Source of the DNA: a virus
Virus record (IMG/VR): IMGVR_UViG_3300045988_060017
Span: 1-36,670 of that record
Reading direction: 5' to 3' (one strand)
DNA length: 36,670 nt
The notes below the pieces were generated by a model. That model had not been told where the DNA came from and ran no database searches. It saw only the letters and a list, made by a program, of their open reading frames with translations. This document shows, piece after piece, positions 15,228 through 22,910 of the stretch (its first letter is position 1; each line of letters starts with the position of its first letter). The position numbers and the translations under genes are program-made.

Positions 15228-16599
15228 TTTACATAAGTATCAGATAACGGCCGTCAACCATATCGAGGACAACCCGTTCGCCGCGCTCTTTCTTGATATG
15301 GGACTAGGGAAAACCGTGTCCACGTTAACGGCCGTGTCTGACCTTATAGAAAAATTTGAGGTAACTAAGGTATTGGTAGTAGCCCCTAAGAGAGTAGCCG
15401 AAATGACGTGGATAGACGAGGTTAACAACTGGGAGCAGTTAAGGCACCTACGTGTATCTGTCATAAAGGGCACCGCCAGGCAACGCGAGATTGCCGCCCG
15501 GGCGGATGCGGATGTGTACACGGTTAGCCGGGATAATCTCGTGTGGCTCTTACAAATGTGGGGTGGGCAAAAAGTTCCCTATGATATGTTAGTACTTGAC
15601 GAATTAAGTAGTTTCAAGAATCACAGCGCCAAACGTTTCAAGGCTGCAAAGGTTATCCGCCGGAGTTGTTCCCGTGTCGTAGGTCTTACCGGAACGCCTT
15701 CCCCAAATGGACTTATTGACCTGTGGGCGCAAATGTACTTGATAGACGGGGGGCAAAGACTGGGAAAGACAATAACCGATTACCGTGCTAACTACTTCCG
15801 CCCTGGGCGACAGAACGCCGGGATAATATACGAGTACAAGCCACTGGCCGATACCGAGGAAGTGATAGGCGGTAAGATATCCGACATAACATTATCAATG
15901 AAGGCCCTTGACTTCCTGGATATGCCGGAAGTATCCTACATCAACAACTATGTAGAACTATCTCCGAAAGTAAAGAAGGCATACGACAAGTTCGAGGAAG
16001 AACAACTTCTAACACTGCTTGACGCTACCGGGGGCGATTCAAAGGAAATAACCGCTATTAACGCGGCAGCCCTTACAAACAAGCTACTACAATACGCGGG
16101 CGGCGCGGTGTATGATGAAGTACGGGACGTGTACAACGTGCACGACGAAAAGATAGAGACCCTTATAGAAATGGTTGAGGCTGCGAACGGAGCGCCCGTA
16201 CTTGTGGCGTATGCGTTCAAGCACGAGGAGGCCCGGATAATGGAGGCGTTGAAACCGTTCGGGGCTAGAAGGCTTAACACCGTGGATGATGTAAGGGACT
16301 GGAACGAGGGAAAGATTCCCGTACTGGTTACCCACCCGGCGAGCGCGGGCCACGGGCTTAACATGCAGAAGGGCGGAAACCGTATAATATGGTTCAGTGC
16401 TACATGGAGCCTAGAATTATACCAGCAGTTCAACGCGCGTTTGTGGAGGCAGGGACAGAAGAATAGCGTATTTGTTCACCACTTGATAAGCAAGGGAACA
16501 GTAGACGAGCGGGTAATAGACGTGCTTAACAAGAAGGCGACCGCGCAGGACGGGTTAATGAATATAGTTAAGGAACTTATTAAAAAACATAAGATATGA
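15211..16599 (+). CDS. SNF2-family (SF2) helicase/ATPase (462 aa)
   Basis: Motifs seen: LHKYQ (Q motif), DMGLGKT (Walker A), VLDELS (DExx), LTGTP, C-terminal HPASAGHGLNMQ and WRQGQ. Confidence 0.9.
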   Translation: MLRRTNLHKYQITAVNHIEDNPFAALFLDMGLGKTVSTLTAVSDLIEKFEVTKVLVVAPKRVAEMTWIDEVNNWEQLRHLRVSVIKGTARQREIAARADADVYTVSRDNLVWLLQMWGGQKVPYDMLVLDELSSFKNHSAKRFKAAKVIRRSCSRVVGLTGTPSPNGLIDLWAQMYLIDGGQRLGKTITDYRANYFRPGRQNAGIIYEYKPLADTEEVIGGKISDITLSMKALDFLDMPEVSYINNYVELSPKVKKAYDKFEEEQLLTLLDATGGDSKEITAINAAALTNKLLQYAGGAVYDEVRDVYNVHDEKIETLIEMVEAANGAPVLVAYAFKHEEARIMEALKPFGARRLNTVDDVRDWNEGKIPVLVTHPASAGHGLNMQKGGNRIIWFSATWSLELYQQFNARLWRQGQKNSVFVHHLISKGTVDERVIDVLNKKATAQDGLMNIVKELIKKHKI

Positions 16600-17648
16600 A
16601 TGTATTGAGTTTATTCGACGGCATGAGTTGCGGACAAATCGCACTTACCGAACTGGGGTGTTTCCCGGACAAGTACTACGCTTCCGAGGTGGACAAGTTC
16701 GCCATACAGCAGACTATGAGCGTGTTTCCGGACACTATCCAACTAGGGGACGTTACCAAGGTAGATGTATCGCAATTAGATAAGATTGATTTGCTGATAG
16801 GCGGAAGCCCTTGCCAATCGTTTTCATTTGCCGGAAAACAGGTGGGTATGGTTACAACCGATAAGGTAGATATAACCGACTTGCAGACCTACCTAGACCT
16901 CAAGGAAATGGGATTTGAATTCGAGGGGCAATCATATCTATTTTGGGAGTATATGCGCATACTGACAGACATACGGAAGTATAACCCGAACGTCAAGTTC
17001 CTGTTGGAAAACGTAGTTATGGCTAAGAAATGGGAAGCCGTGCTAACCAAGGCTATCGGAGTGGAACCCGTCAAGATTAACAGTAACTTAGTATCCGCAC
17101 AGAACCGGAAAAGATTGTATTGGACTAACATAGCCGAGATACCCCAACCGAAAGACGAAGGTATATTAATCCGTGATATCCTAGAGGACGAAGTAGATGA
17201 AAAATATTATATATCATCTAAAGCCCTTGAGGGTATGGTTAACCACGCCAGGGTTAACGCCGAGAAGGGAAACGGTTTCGGCGCGCGTGTGGTTTCGCCG
17301 GGAGGGAAGGCGAACACGCTTTTGCAAAGGTGTTACAAAGACGGGAAAGATAATCTTATAATAGCTGCCGGCCGTGGAAGGGTGTGCGAGGACGGGGTTA
17401 CTAGGCAGCACCTAGAGCCGAGGAAGGACGGAAAGTCTGATTGTCTCACTACGGTACAGAAAGGAAACCCATTGATTGAGAATCGCAGCACGTTAAGACG
17501 GTTAACGCCTAGAGAGTGCGCACGGTTGCAGACCGTACCGGATTGGTACAAGTGGGTGGTATCTGACACACAGATATACCGGATGTGCGGTAACGGGTGG
17601 ACGGTGAAGGTTATAGAACATATATTGAGTCACTTATTTAAAAACTGA
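16596..17648 (+). CDS. DNA (cytosine-5)-methyltransferase (350 aa)
   Basis: Motif I LSLFDGMSCG, motif IV GGSPCQSFS, motif VI ENV, motif VIII QNRKRLY, motif IX RRLTPRECARLQTVPD and motif X GNGWTV. There is an ATGA overlap with the SNF2 stop. Confidence 0.95.
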   Translation: MNVLSLFDGMSCGQIALTELGCFPDKYYASEVDKFAIQQTMSVFPDTIQLGDVTKVDVSQLDKIDLLIGGSPCQSFSFAGKQVGMVTTDKVDITDLQTYLDLKEMGFEFEGQSYLFWEYMRILTDIRKYNPNVKFLLENVVMAKKWEAVLTKAIGVEPVKINSNLVSAQNRKRLYWTNIAEIPQPKDEGILIRDILEDEVDEKYYISSKALEGMVNHARVNAEKGNGFGARVVSPGGKANTLLQRCYKDGKDNLIIAAGRGRVCEDGVTRQHLEPRKDGKSDCLTTVQKGNPLIENRSTLRRLTPRECARLQTVPDWYKWVVSDTQIYRMCGNGWTVKVIEHILSHLFKN

Positions 17649-17651
17649 ATT

Positions 17652-17867
17652 ATGAACGAAAAGTTTGGATTAACAAAGTTTTCCGCGGGTGATACCAAGG
17701 AGCATGAAGGCGTAACCTACAAGGCGGTACGCCAAGAGCCGTACGAAATGTGCAAGGGGTGTGCGTTCCATAAGAGAGGCGAACCTTGCAAAAGCCCTAG
17801 AGGGTGGTTGTGCTTAGAGGTAATAGAAGGAGAACCGAATGGCTTAATTTTTAAAATAGTAGAATAA
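17652..17867 (+). CDS. Small 4-Cys (zinc-ribbon-like) protein, paralogue of 15003..15227 (71 aa)
   Basis: YEMCKGCAFHKRGEPCKSPRGWLC gives the pattern C-x2-C-x8-C-x7-C. Confidence 0.6.
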   Translation: MNEKFGLTKFSAGDTKEHEGVTYKAVRQEPYEMCKGCAFHKRGEPCKSPRGWLCLEVIEGEPNGLIFKIVE

Positions 17868-18379
17868 TGGAAAAAGAAAAATTCACATCAGAGTATCACG
17901 TAGGGGATACGGTGGCATTGGACAATGAAAGATTTACCTACGTGGGTACACAGTATGACGAACTTAACAGGTGTACCGTACATCTATATGAACCCGTTAA
18001 CGGAAAATCTAAAGAGTATCTGCAAACTAGCGCGGATAATTTTATAGAGTTTTTGTTCAAGGTTCCGGTAAAGGCTAGCAGCATTAACAATCCGGAAGCG
18101 CCGGAGCGTAAACGGTCGTTCACTTCTAAACTGTTCGGGTGGTTCCTTGAGTCCAACCGTTGGAAACATTTCCTATACGCTATCCCGGCGGGCGCGATAA
18201 ACTTTTGGCTCGCTATCGGACTGGCGCTAGGTATGGAATTCAAGGATGCGCAGCACGGCGGTAAATTTGATTGGGTGGACGCTACGTGCACGGCGGTAGG
18301 AGGTTTTGCCGGGGCGGTATTGTCCGGTTGGCTATTGGGCGATTACGTGCTACACTACATTATTAAATTAATATTCTAA
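17867..18379 (+). CDS. Membrane protein: soluble N-terminal domain plus two C-terminal TM helices (170 aa)
   Basis: TAATG overlap at the start. Hydrophobic segments are FLYAIPAGAINFWLAIGLALG and CTAVGGFAGAVLSGWLLG. Confidence 0.6.
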   Translation: MEKEKFTSEYHVGDTVALDNERFTYVGTQYDELNRCTVHLYEPVNGKSKEYLQTSADNFIEFLFKVPVKASSINNPEAPERKRSFTSKLFGWFLESNRWKHFLYAIPAGAINFWLAIGLALGMEFKDAQHGGKFDWVDATCTAVGGFAGAVLSGWLLGDYVLHYIIKLIF

Positions 18380-18390
18380 ATCATAAAGTT

Positions 18391-18705
18391 ATGGCAGACA
18401 TGGAACATTTATTCAGAGAGCAGGAAATGCGGGAGCAGGCTGAGGCAACCGGACGCCCCACGGCGAACGATATTTTCAAGACCGCATTGTACCGCGCGGA
18501 AAAGGCGCAATATAATATGCGCGTGAAGATAGGTAAGGCGGAAGCCGAGGAAGTGGTAATATACGCCGAGAGCGTGCCGAGAAGCCTAAAGAGGGCTACG
18601 GACTTCACGTTTTACCGGAAAAACAATCCGCAAGTACAACTAACATTGACGCGCACCGAGATGTATGCGTTACTTGGAAAGATACGGGAGGCACTGAAAT
18701 TATGA
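18391..18705 (+). CDS. Hypothetical protein (104 aa)
   Basis: ORF in the array. No motif recognised. Confidence 0.55.
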   Translation: MADMEHLFREQEMREQAEATGRPTANDIFKTALYRAEKAQYNMRVKIGKAEAEEVVIYAESVPRSLKRATDFTFYRKNNPQVQLTLTRTEMYALLGKIREALKL

Positions 18706-18845
18706 TTAAGAAGTTTTGCAAATGGATGAGTAGCCCGGAAGATTTGCCCGGGCTAGTAGTGAGAATGTTAACAGCTATTTTAATAACGGTGGTTTGGGCG
18801 TTCTTGCTAGCGCTGATAGCCGCAATAACAATGTGCAGATTATAA
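18702..18845 (+). CDS. Small single-pass membrane protein (47 aa), below the ORF-track size cutoff
   Basis: The ORF translates to MIKKFCKWMSSPEDLPGLVVRMLTAILITVVWAFLLALIAAITMCRL. It has an ATGA overlap with the upstream stop and a TAATG overlap with the downstream start. Confidence 0.6.
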   Translation: MIKKFCKWMSSPEDLPGLVVRMLTAILITVVWAFLLALIAAITMCRL

Positions 18846-19417
18846 TGGGGCAGAAACTAATGGAGTGCAGAAAGAAACCGCTAGAGTTCGTAATACAAGA
18901 CCTAGCCACGATACTGAATGTAAATGAGTTCTTTCTATTCAAGTTCTGCAAGGAGAACGGGATATATTACAGGAAGGCTAAAAATTTCCCTTACCACTTG
19001 GTAAAGGCAATGGAGATTTGCGAGGTGATTCCAAAATTAAGAAGGGAGATAGCTACGGTACGAGACGACCGGAACACGAGAACGGAGCCAAACCGGATAC
19101 CAACTATTGAGACCCTATTTATCAAGGACAACGAAAAGACCAAGCTAGACAAGTTCAATATGGAGGATATCCCTAGGATATGGTGCCCGGGAACGGGGAC
19201 GGTTAATTACCGAGGCAGGGTAGAATCAAATGTAATATACCGCCTTAACTATTATAAGGACGGAACCGTATCACTAGACATGTGGAAATGGTCGTTCCAT
19301 AAGTGGGAAATGGTGGAACCGTGCAGGGCGCTAAGGAATCGTAAGGAAATTTTACGCGAATGGGCAGGCAAACATAGCTTTATAGCGAGGGATAAAGACG
19401 GTAAAGTAGTCGAATAG
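18845..19417 (+). CDS. Hypothetical protein, last gene of the early arc (190 aa); start moved from TTG 18794
   Basis: ATG 18845 is in frame and coupled to the small membrane ORF. The N-terminal segment LEFVIQDLATILNVNEFFLFKFCKENGI is weakly HTH-like. Confidence 0.55.
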   Translation: MGQKLMECRKKPLEFVIQDLATILNVNEFFLFKFCKENGIYYRKAKNFPYHLVKAMEICEVIPKLRREIATVRDDRNTRTEPNRIPTIETLFIKDNEKTKLDKFNMEDIPRIWCPGTGTVNYRGRVESNVIYRLNYYKDGTVSLDMWKWSFHKWEMVEPCRALRNRKEILREWAGKHSFIARDKDGKVVE

Positions 19418-19420
19418 CTG

Positions 19421-19672
19421 AAAAAACTTTCTTCTCAAATTTCTATGTTATTACAATTTTAGTGATGACACAAAGATTTTGAGAGGAAAGTTTTTTCTCA
19501 TTTTATTAACATTTTAGGTTAATTGATACTAAATCGTTGTAAACAATATTTTTTGAGAGACAATTTGAAAATAACGTTTTTCGGGCAAAAAGAGTGTTTT
19601 AAAGGATATTGAGAGAAAAGTTTTTTGAGAGAAAATATACAATCAGCCGTTTTACTCATTTCTTCTCAAAAA
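19421..19672 (+). repeat. Cluster of six TTTGAGA(G/A)(G/A)AAAG(TTTTTT)-type iterons in both orientations
   Basis: Minus-orientation copies are at 19421-19439 and 19658-19674. Plus-orientation copies are at 19478-19496, 19549-19561, 19608-19626 and 19621-19636. 19421-19439 and 19478-19496 form a 19-bp inverted repeat with one G-U position. Confidence 0.8.
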
Positions 19673-19690
19673 AGTGTACTAAAAGGTTTT

Positions 19691-20060
19691 ACAATTCTGT
19701 TTTATCTGTGACACTTATCAATGACGCGTAAAGCGCTGATTATCAAGCTACAAACTTTTTGCTGTCACAGGTAAAGATTTTTCATCAGTGACACGTAACT
19801 GACTGATATTTATATAGTTATATATAGTGTAATAGATGTAATAGATGATTTGTATAGAGATAAAAATGAATGATTTTAGATTAGTGATTTGATATATATT
19901 AACTGATATTAATTAATATAAAATCAAAGGTGTTATTTTCGTATTTTTACCTTCCAGGGAAATATCAATTACATCTGTGACACTGGCTGTAACTCGCTGT
20001 GTCACTGCACGTTACGTGTCATTCTTCATCTGTGACACATCTATGACATCTATTACACCC
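19691..20060 (+). repeat. Non-coding iteron module, copy B, a direct repeat of 3221-3570. It carries seven CTGTGACAC-type sites.
   Basis: Sites are ctgtgacac 19706-19714, ctgtcacag 19762-19770, cagtgacac 19786-19794, ctgtgacac 19975-19983, ctgtgtcac 19997-20005 (inverted), ctgtgacac 20030-20038 and ctatgacat 20041-20049. It shares blocks with copy A. Confidence 0.9.
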
Positions 20061-20138
20061 CTGTGTTTCGAGACGTTAAGTTGCTGTAAAACAGATAGTT
20101 ACGGTACGTAAACCACGATTATAGGCATTTAGCGCATA

Positions 20139-20164
20139 TTTGAGGTAGGAATGTAGTATATTTG
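20139..20164 (+). promoter_or_regulatory. Candidate late promoter: TTTG at 20139-20142, -7 TATATTTG at 20157-20164
   Basis: The TAnnTTTG box lies 28 nt upstream of the terS ATG. The spacer to the TTTG is only 14 nt, which is suboptimal. Confidence 0.45.
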
Positions 20165-20192
20165 CTGTCAATAATTAAGAATCAATTTATGT

Positions 20193-20894
20193 ATGAGTAA
20201 AACAGATAAGAACAAGGATACGGGGAAGCCCGTGCCGGAGGTGGTAATAGGAAAGGACGGGGTGCCTGTTAACGTTGGTACGAAAGCCCGCCTCGAGAAA
20301 TCCCGCACGCGCCTGAATCCGGTCGACGAAATCGGCTGCAATAGCGTGTTTCAGATATGCCGCCGCCGTTGGGGGCTGACCCCGATTTGGCAGGAGCCGG
20401 ATGACCTTCTAGAAGCATTCAACAGGTACCGAGAGTGGATAGACGCGCACCCTATAATAGTTCACGACGTGGTTAAGTCGGGTAACATGGCGGGAACATT
20501 ACTAGATATCCCGAGAAAGCGCCTTATGTCAGAATCGGACTTTTGCGCGTTCCTTGGAGCGGCGCCCAACTACCTAGCAGACCGCAGGCGCATATATGAA
20601 TCCAACTACGAAGAGTTCGGCCTAGAGGCTTCCAAGGGCTTCGCTGAAGCTATCGACAATATCCGTATGATGATATTCCAAGATATGGACGCGGGCGCCG
20701 CCTCGCAGGCGTTCGACCCTACGTACATCCGCTCTTTGCGCGGGCTGAAAACGGCACTTGACTACACATCCGGTGGCAAGGAGATTAAGGGAGGCCTCAC
20801 AATACTGGTTTCAGACCCTAGGACGGCATCTAGAGTCCAAAAGCTAAAGGACTTCAAGAAAGAGCACAAAACGTCAGAAAACGAAGGAAAATAG
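20193..20894 (+). CDS. terS: Putative terminase small subunit (233 aa)
   Basis: It lies immediately upstream of terL. The segment RLMSESDFCAFLGAAPNYLADRRR resembles the HTH-like 'gl..fLGis..tl..y' region of small terminases. Confidence 0.5.
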   Translation: MSKTDKNKDTGKPVPEVVIGKDGVPVNVGTKARLEKSRTRLNPVDEIGCNSVFQICRRRWGLTPIWQEPDDLLEAFNRYREWIDAHPIIVHDVVKSGNMAGTLLDIPRKRLMSESDFCAFLGAAPNYLADRRRIYESNYEEFGLEASKGFAEAIDNIRMMIFQDMDAGAASQAFDPTYIRSLRGLKTALDYTSGGKEIKGGLTILVSDPRTASRVQKLKDFKKEHKTSENEGK

Positions 20895-20900
20895 CGTTAT

Positions 20901-22070
20901 ATGAAATGTACATATGTATTCGATAAAATGATAGGTCCGGTTACCGACCCGTACATTAGAGGGATAGCGAGTAAGGGCGGTACGCGTTCTTCCAAGACGT
21001 GGAGCGTGTTACAGCTACTTTACCTAATCGCCCGGGAAAGTACCGAGCCGCTAATGATTAGTTGCGTAACGGACACGCTTCCAGCCGTCCGCCGTGGTAT
21101 GTTGCGTGACTTCACTAATATGCTGATAGACGAGGGAGTATGGGAGGACAGCGCGTTCAACAAGTCCGAGATGATATACACCGTCAAGGAAGGAGTATAT
21201 ATTGAATTCTTCGGGTGCGACAGTGCCGCCAAGGTACACGGCCCGGCGCGAGACATTCTGTTCATCAACGAGGCGCAACGGGTGCCGAGGGAAATCTTCC
21301 GTCAATTGGATGTGCGTACCCGGCTAAAGGTGATAATCGACTTTAACCCGGTGCGTAGGTTTTGGGGCGAGACTGATTTTGTAGGGGACAAGTACGTAAC
21401 TATCCACAGCACGTACAAGGACAATCCGTTCCTAACCGAGCAGCAAGTACAGGCAATCGAGAAGAACGCCAACGACCCAAATTGGTGGCGCGTATATGGT
21501 GAAGGACAGACAGGCGGGCTGGAAGGCCTCATATATCCCGAAATTGACATTATCGAGGAGTTGCCTAAGGAATTGCAAGGGGAGGATACAAAACGCTGTG
21601 TAGGGCTTGATTTTGGCTTTCAGCAAGACCCGACCGCAATAGTCGATATCTACATGCGTGGTTGGGACTTGTACATAGATGAGATTTGCTACCGTACCGG
21701 AATGCTGAACCGCACAATAGCCGAGACGCTGAAGGAACACGGGCTGCATAACATCTACACCGTATGCGACAACCAAGAGCAGAAGAGTATCGTGGAGATA
21801 CGGCAGCACGGCTGCAAGACGATTCCCTGTGTGAAGGGCAAAGGCTCCGTAAGGGCAGGCATTCAGCAGGTGAAGCAATTCCGGCTACACGTAACAAAGA
21901 GAAGCGATAACGTACTGGACGAGGCGGATAACTATTCATACGTCAAGGACAACATGACGGACTTGTACACCAATGAGCCGATAGATGCATATAACCATGC
22001 ATGGGACGCTATCCGTTACGGCGTCGATTTCCTTATCCGCAAATATCGACCTAAAGCAGCCGCACAATGA
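20901..22070 (+). CDS. terL: Terminase large subunit (compact, PBSX/Terminase_3-like) (389 aa)
   Basis: Walker A-like ASKGGTRSSKTWS and Walker B DILFINEA. The C-terminal nuclease-like segment has acidic residues (GLDFGFQQDPTA, VCDNQE, AWDAIRY). Confidence 0.85.
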   Translation: MKCTYVFDKMIGPVTDPYIRGIASKGGTRSSKTWSVLQLLYLIARESTEPLMISCVTDTLPAVRRGMLRDFTNMLIDEGVWEDSAFNKSEMIYTVKEGVYIEFFGCDSAAKVHGPARDILFINEAQRVPREIFRQLDVRTRLKVIIDFNPVRRFWGETDFVGDKYVTIHSTYKDNPFLTEQQVQAIEKNANDPNWWRVYGEGQTGGLEGLIYPEIDIIEELPKELQGEDTKRCVGLDFGFQQDPTAIVDIYMRGWDLYIDEICYRTGMLNRTIAETLKEHGLHNIYTVCDNQEQKSIVEIRQHGCKTIPCVKGKGSVRAGIQQVKQFRLHVTKRSDNVLDEADNYSYVKDNMTDLYTNEPIDAYNHAWDAIRYGVDFLIRKYRPKAAAQ

Positions 22071-22231
22071 TACAGTTATACGAGCGTGTGCAGGTTACCG
22101 AGGACGGAAGGACAGGAACCGTATTGGAGTCGGATGTATTGGGAGTTGTCGTACAATACGACGGAACGGATGAACAAGAGTGGCTATTTTATGAACAAGT
22201 TGAACAATTAGAATTTGACGAATATGAGTAA
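22067..22231 (+). CDS. Small acidic protein (54 aa), below the ORF-track size cutoff
   Basis: The ORF translates to MIQLYERVQVTEDGRTGTVLESDVLGVVVQYDGTDEQEWLFYEQVEQLEFDEYE. It has an ATGA overlap with the terL stop, and its stop overlaps the next ATG (22224). Confidence 0.6.
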   Translation: MIQLYERVQVTEDGRTGTVLESDVLGVVVQYDGTDEQEWLFYEQVEQLEFDEYE

Positions 22232-22907
22232 AAAAGGATTTTACGGCCTTGAATGGCTGATACTGCAAGAGCGGACCAACTGGAAAGGAAAGGTTAAAAA
22301 TGTCTTTCGGCGCGTGTACTATGCACTTTGTCGGTATAATAACTGCAAACAGTTAGAATATATTTGTAACTTGCACCCGTGTTATGAGGGGGGCCTAACT
22401 TCCGACCAAAGTAAGTTATTGGAAAAATTGTCGGAGTACGTCAAGGCCTCCCCGTTCATAACCAAAAAGCTAAAGACCGTGTACGTCATTCCGAGCATTG
22501 AGAAAGTCACGCTATGGCAGCTAATCGAGACGAGACGAGCCGAGACGGCAACGGAGAAGGTTACGAAGTGGTGCACCCCGGTTGAGGGACAGACAGCCGA
22601 GTATTCACCCGACAACGTATATCACTTGCTAACCGCGATGAAGTACATACGGGAGCAGATTAAGGCGGCCGACGATTTGGAACGAACGCTATTCCCACAG
22701 GGCGCAGGAGGGCCGGACGCAGAGCCGGACACGCTAAAGGAGGCAAAGAACATATTGACGCTAGTACAGGCTACGGCGGAGTTGTTCAACTGCTCGTTCG
22801 AGGAGGCGAAACGGATAAATTACCTAGACGCTATATTGGCACTGTCCAAGAGGCACGAGGAAGTAGAAAAGGAAAAAGCGGAAATGAAGAAACATTTTAA
22901 CAAATAA
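22224..22907 (+). CDS. Hypothetical late protein (227 aa); start moved from TTG 22215
   Basis: ATG 22224 is in frame, three codons after the TTG used by the ORF track. No motif recognised. Confidence 0.6.
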   Translation: MSKKGFYGLEWLILQERTNWKGKVKNVFRRVYYALCRYNNCKQLEYICNLHPCYEGGLTSDQSKLLEKLSEYVKASPFITKKLKTVYVIPSIEKVTLWQLIETRRAETATEKVTKWCTPVEGQTAEYSPDNVYHLLTAMKYIREQIKAADDLERTLFPQGAGGPDAEPDTLKEAKNILTLVQATAELFNCSFEEAKRINYLDAILALSKRHEEVEKEKAEMKKHFNK

Positions 22908-22910
22908 CTT

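Noticed and set aside
21985-22173. 62-aa plus-strand ORF overlapping the terL 3' end
   Set aside because: It is out of frame inside terL, Arg/Cys-rich and has no start context. The gap after terL is better explained by the coupled 54-aa ORF 22067..22231 in another frame.
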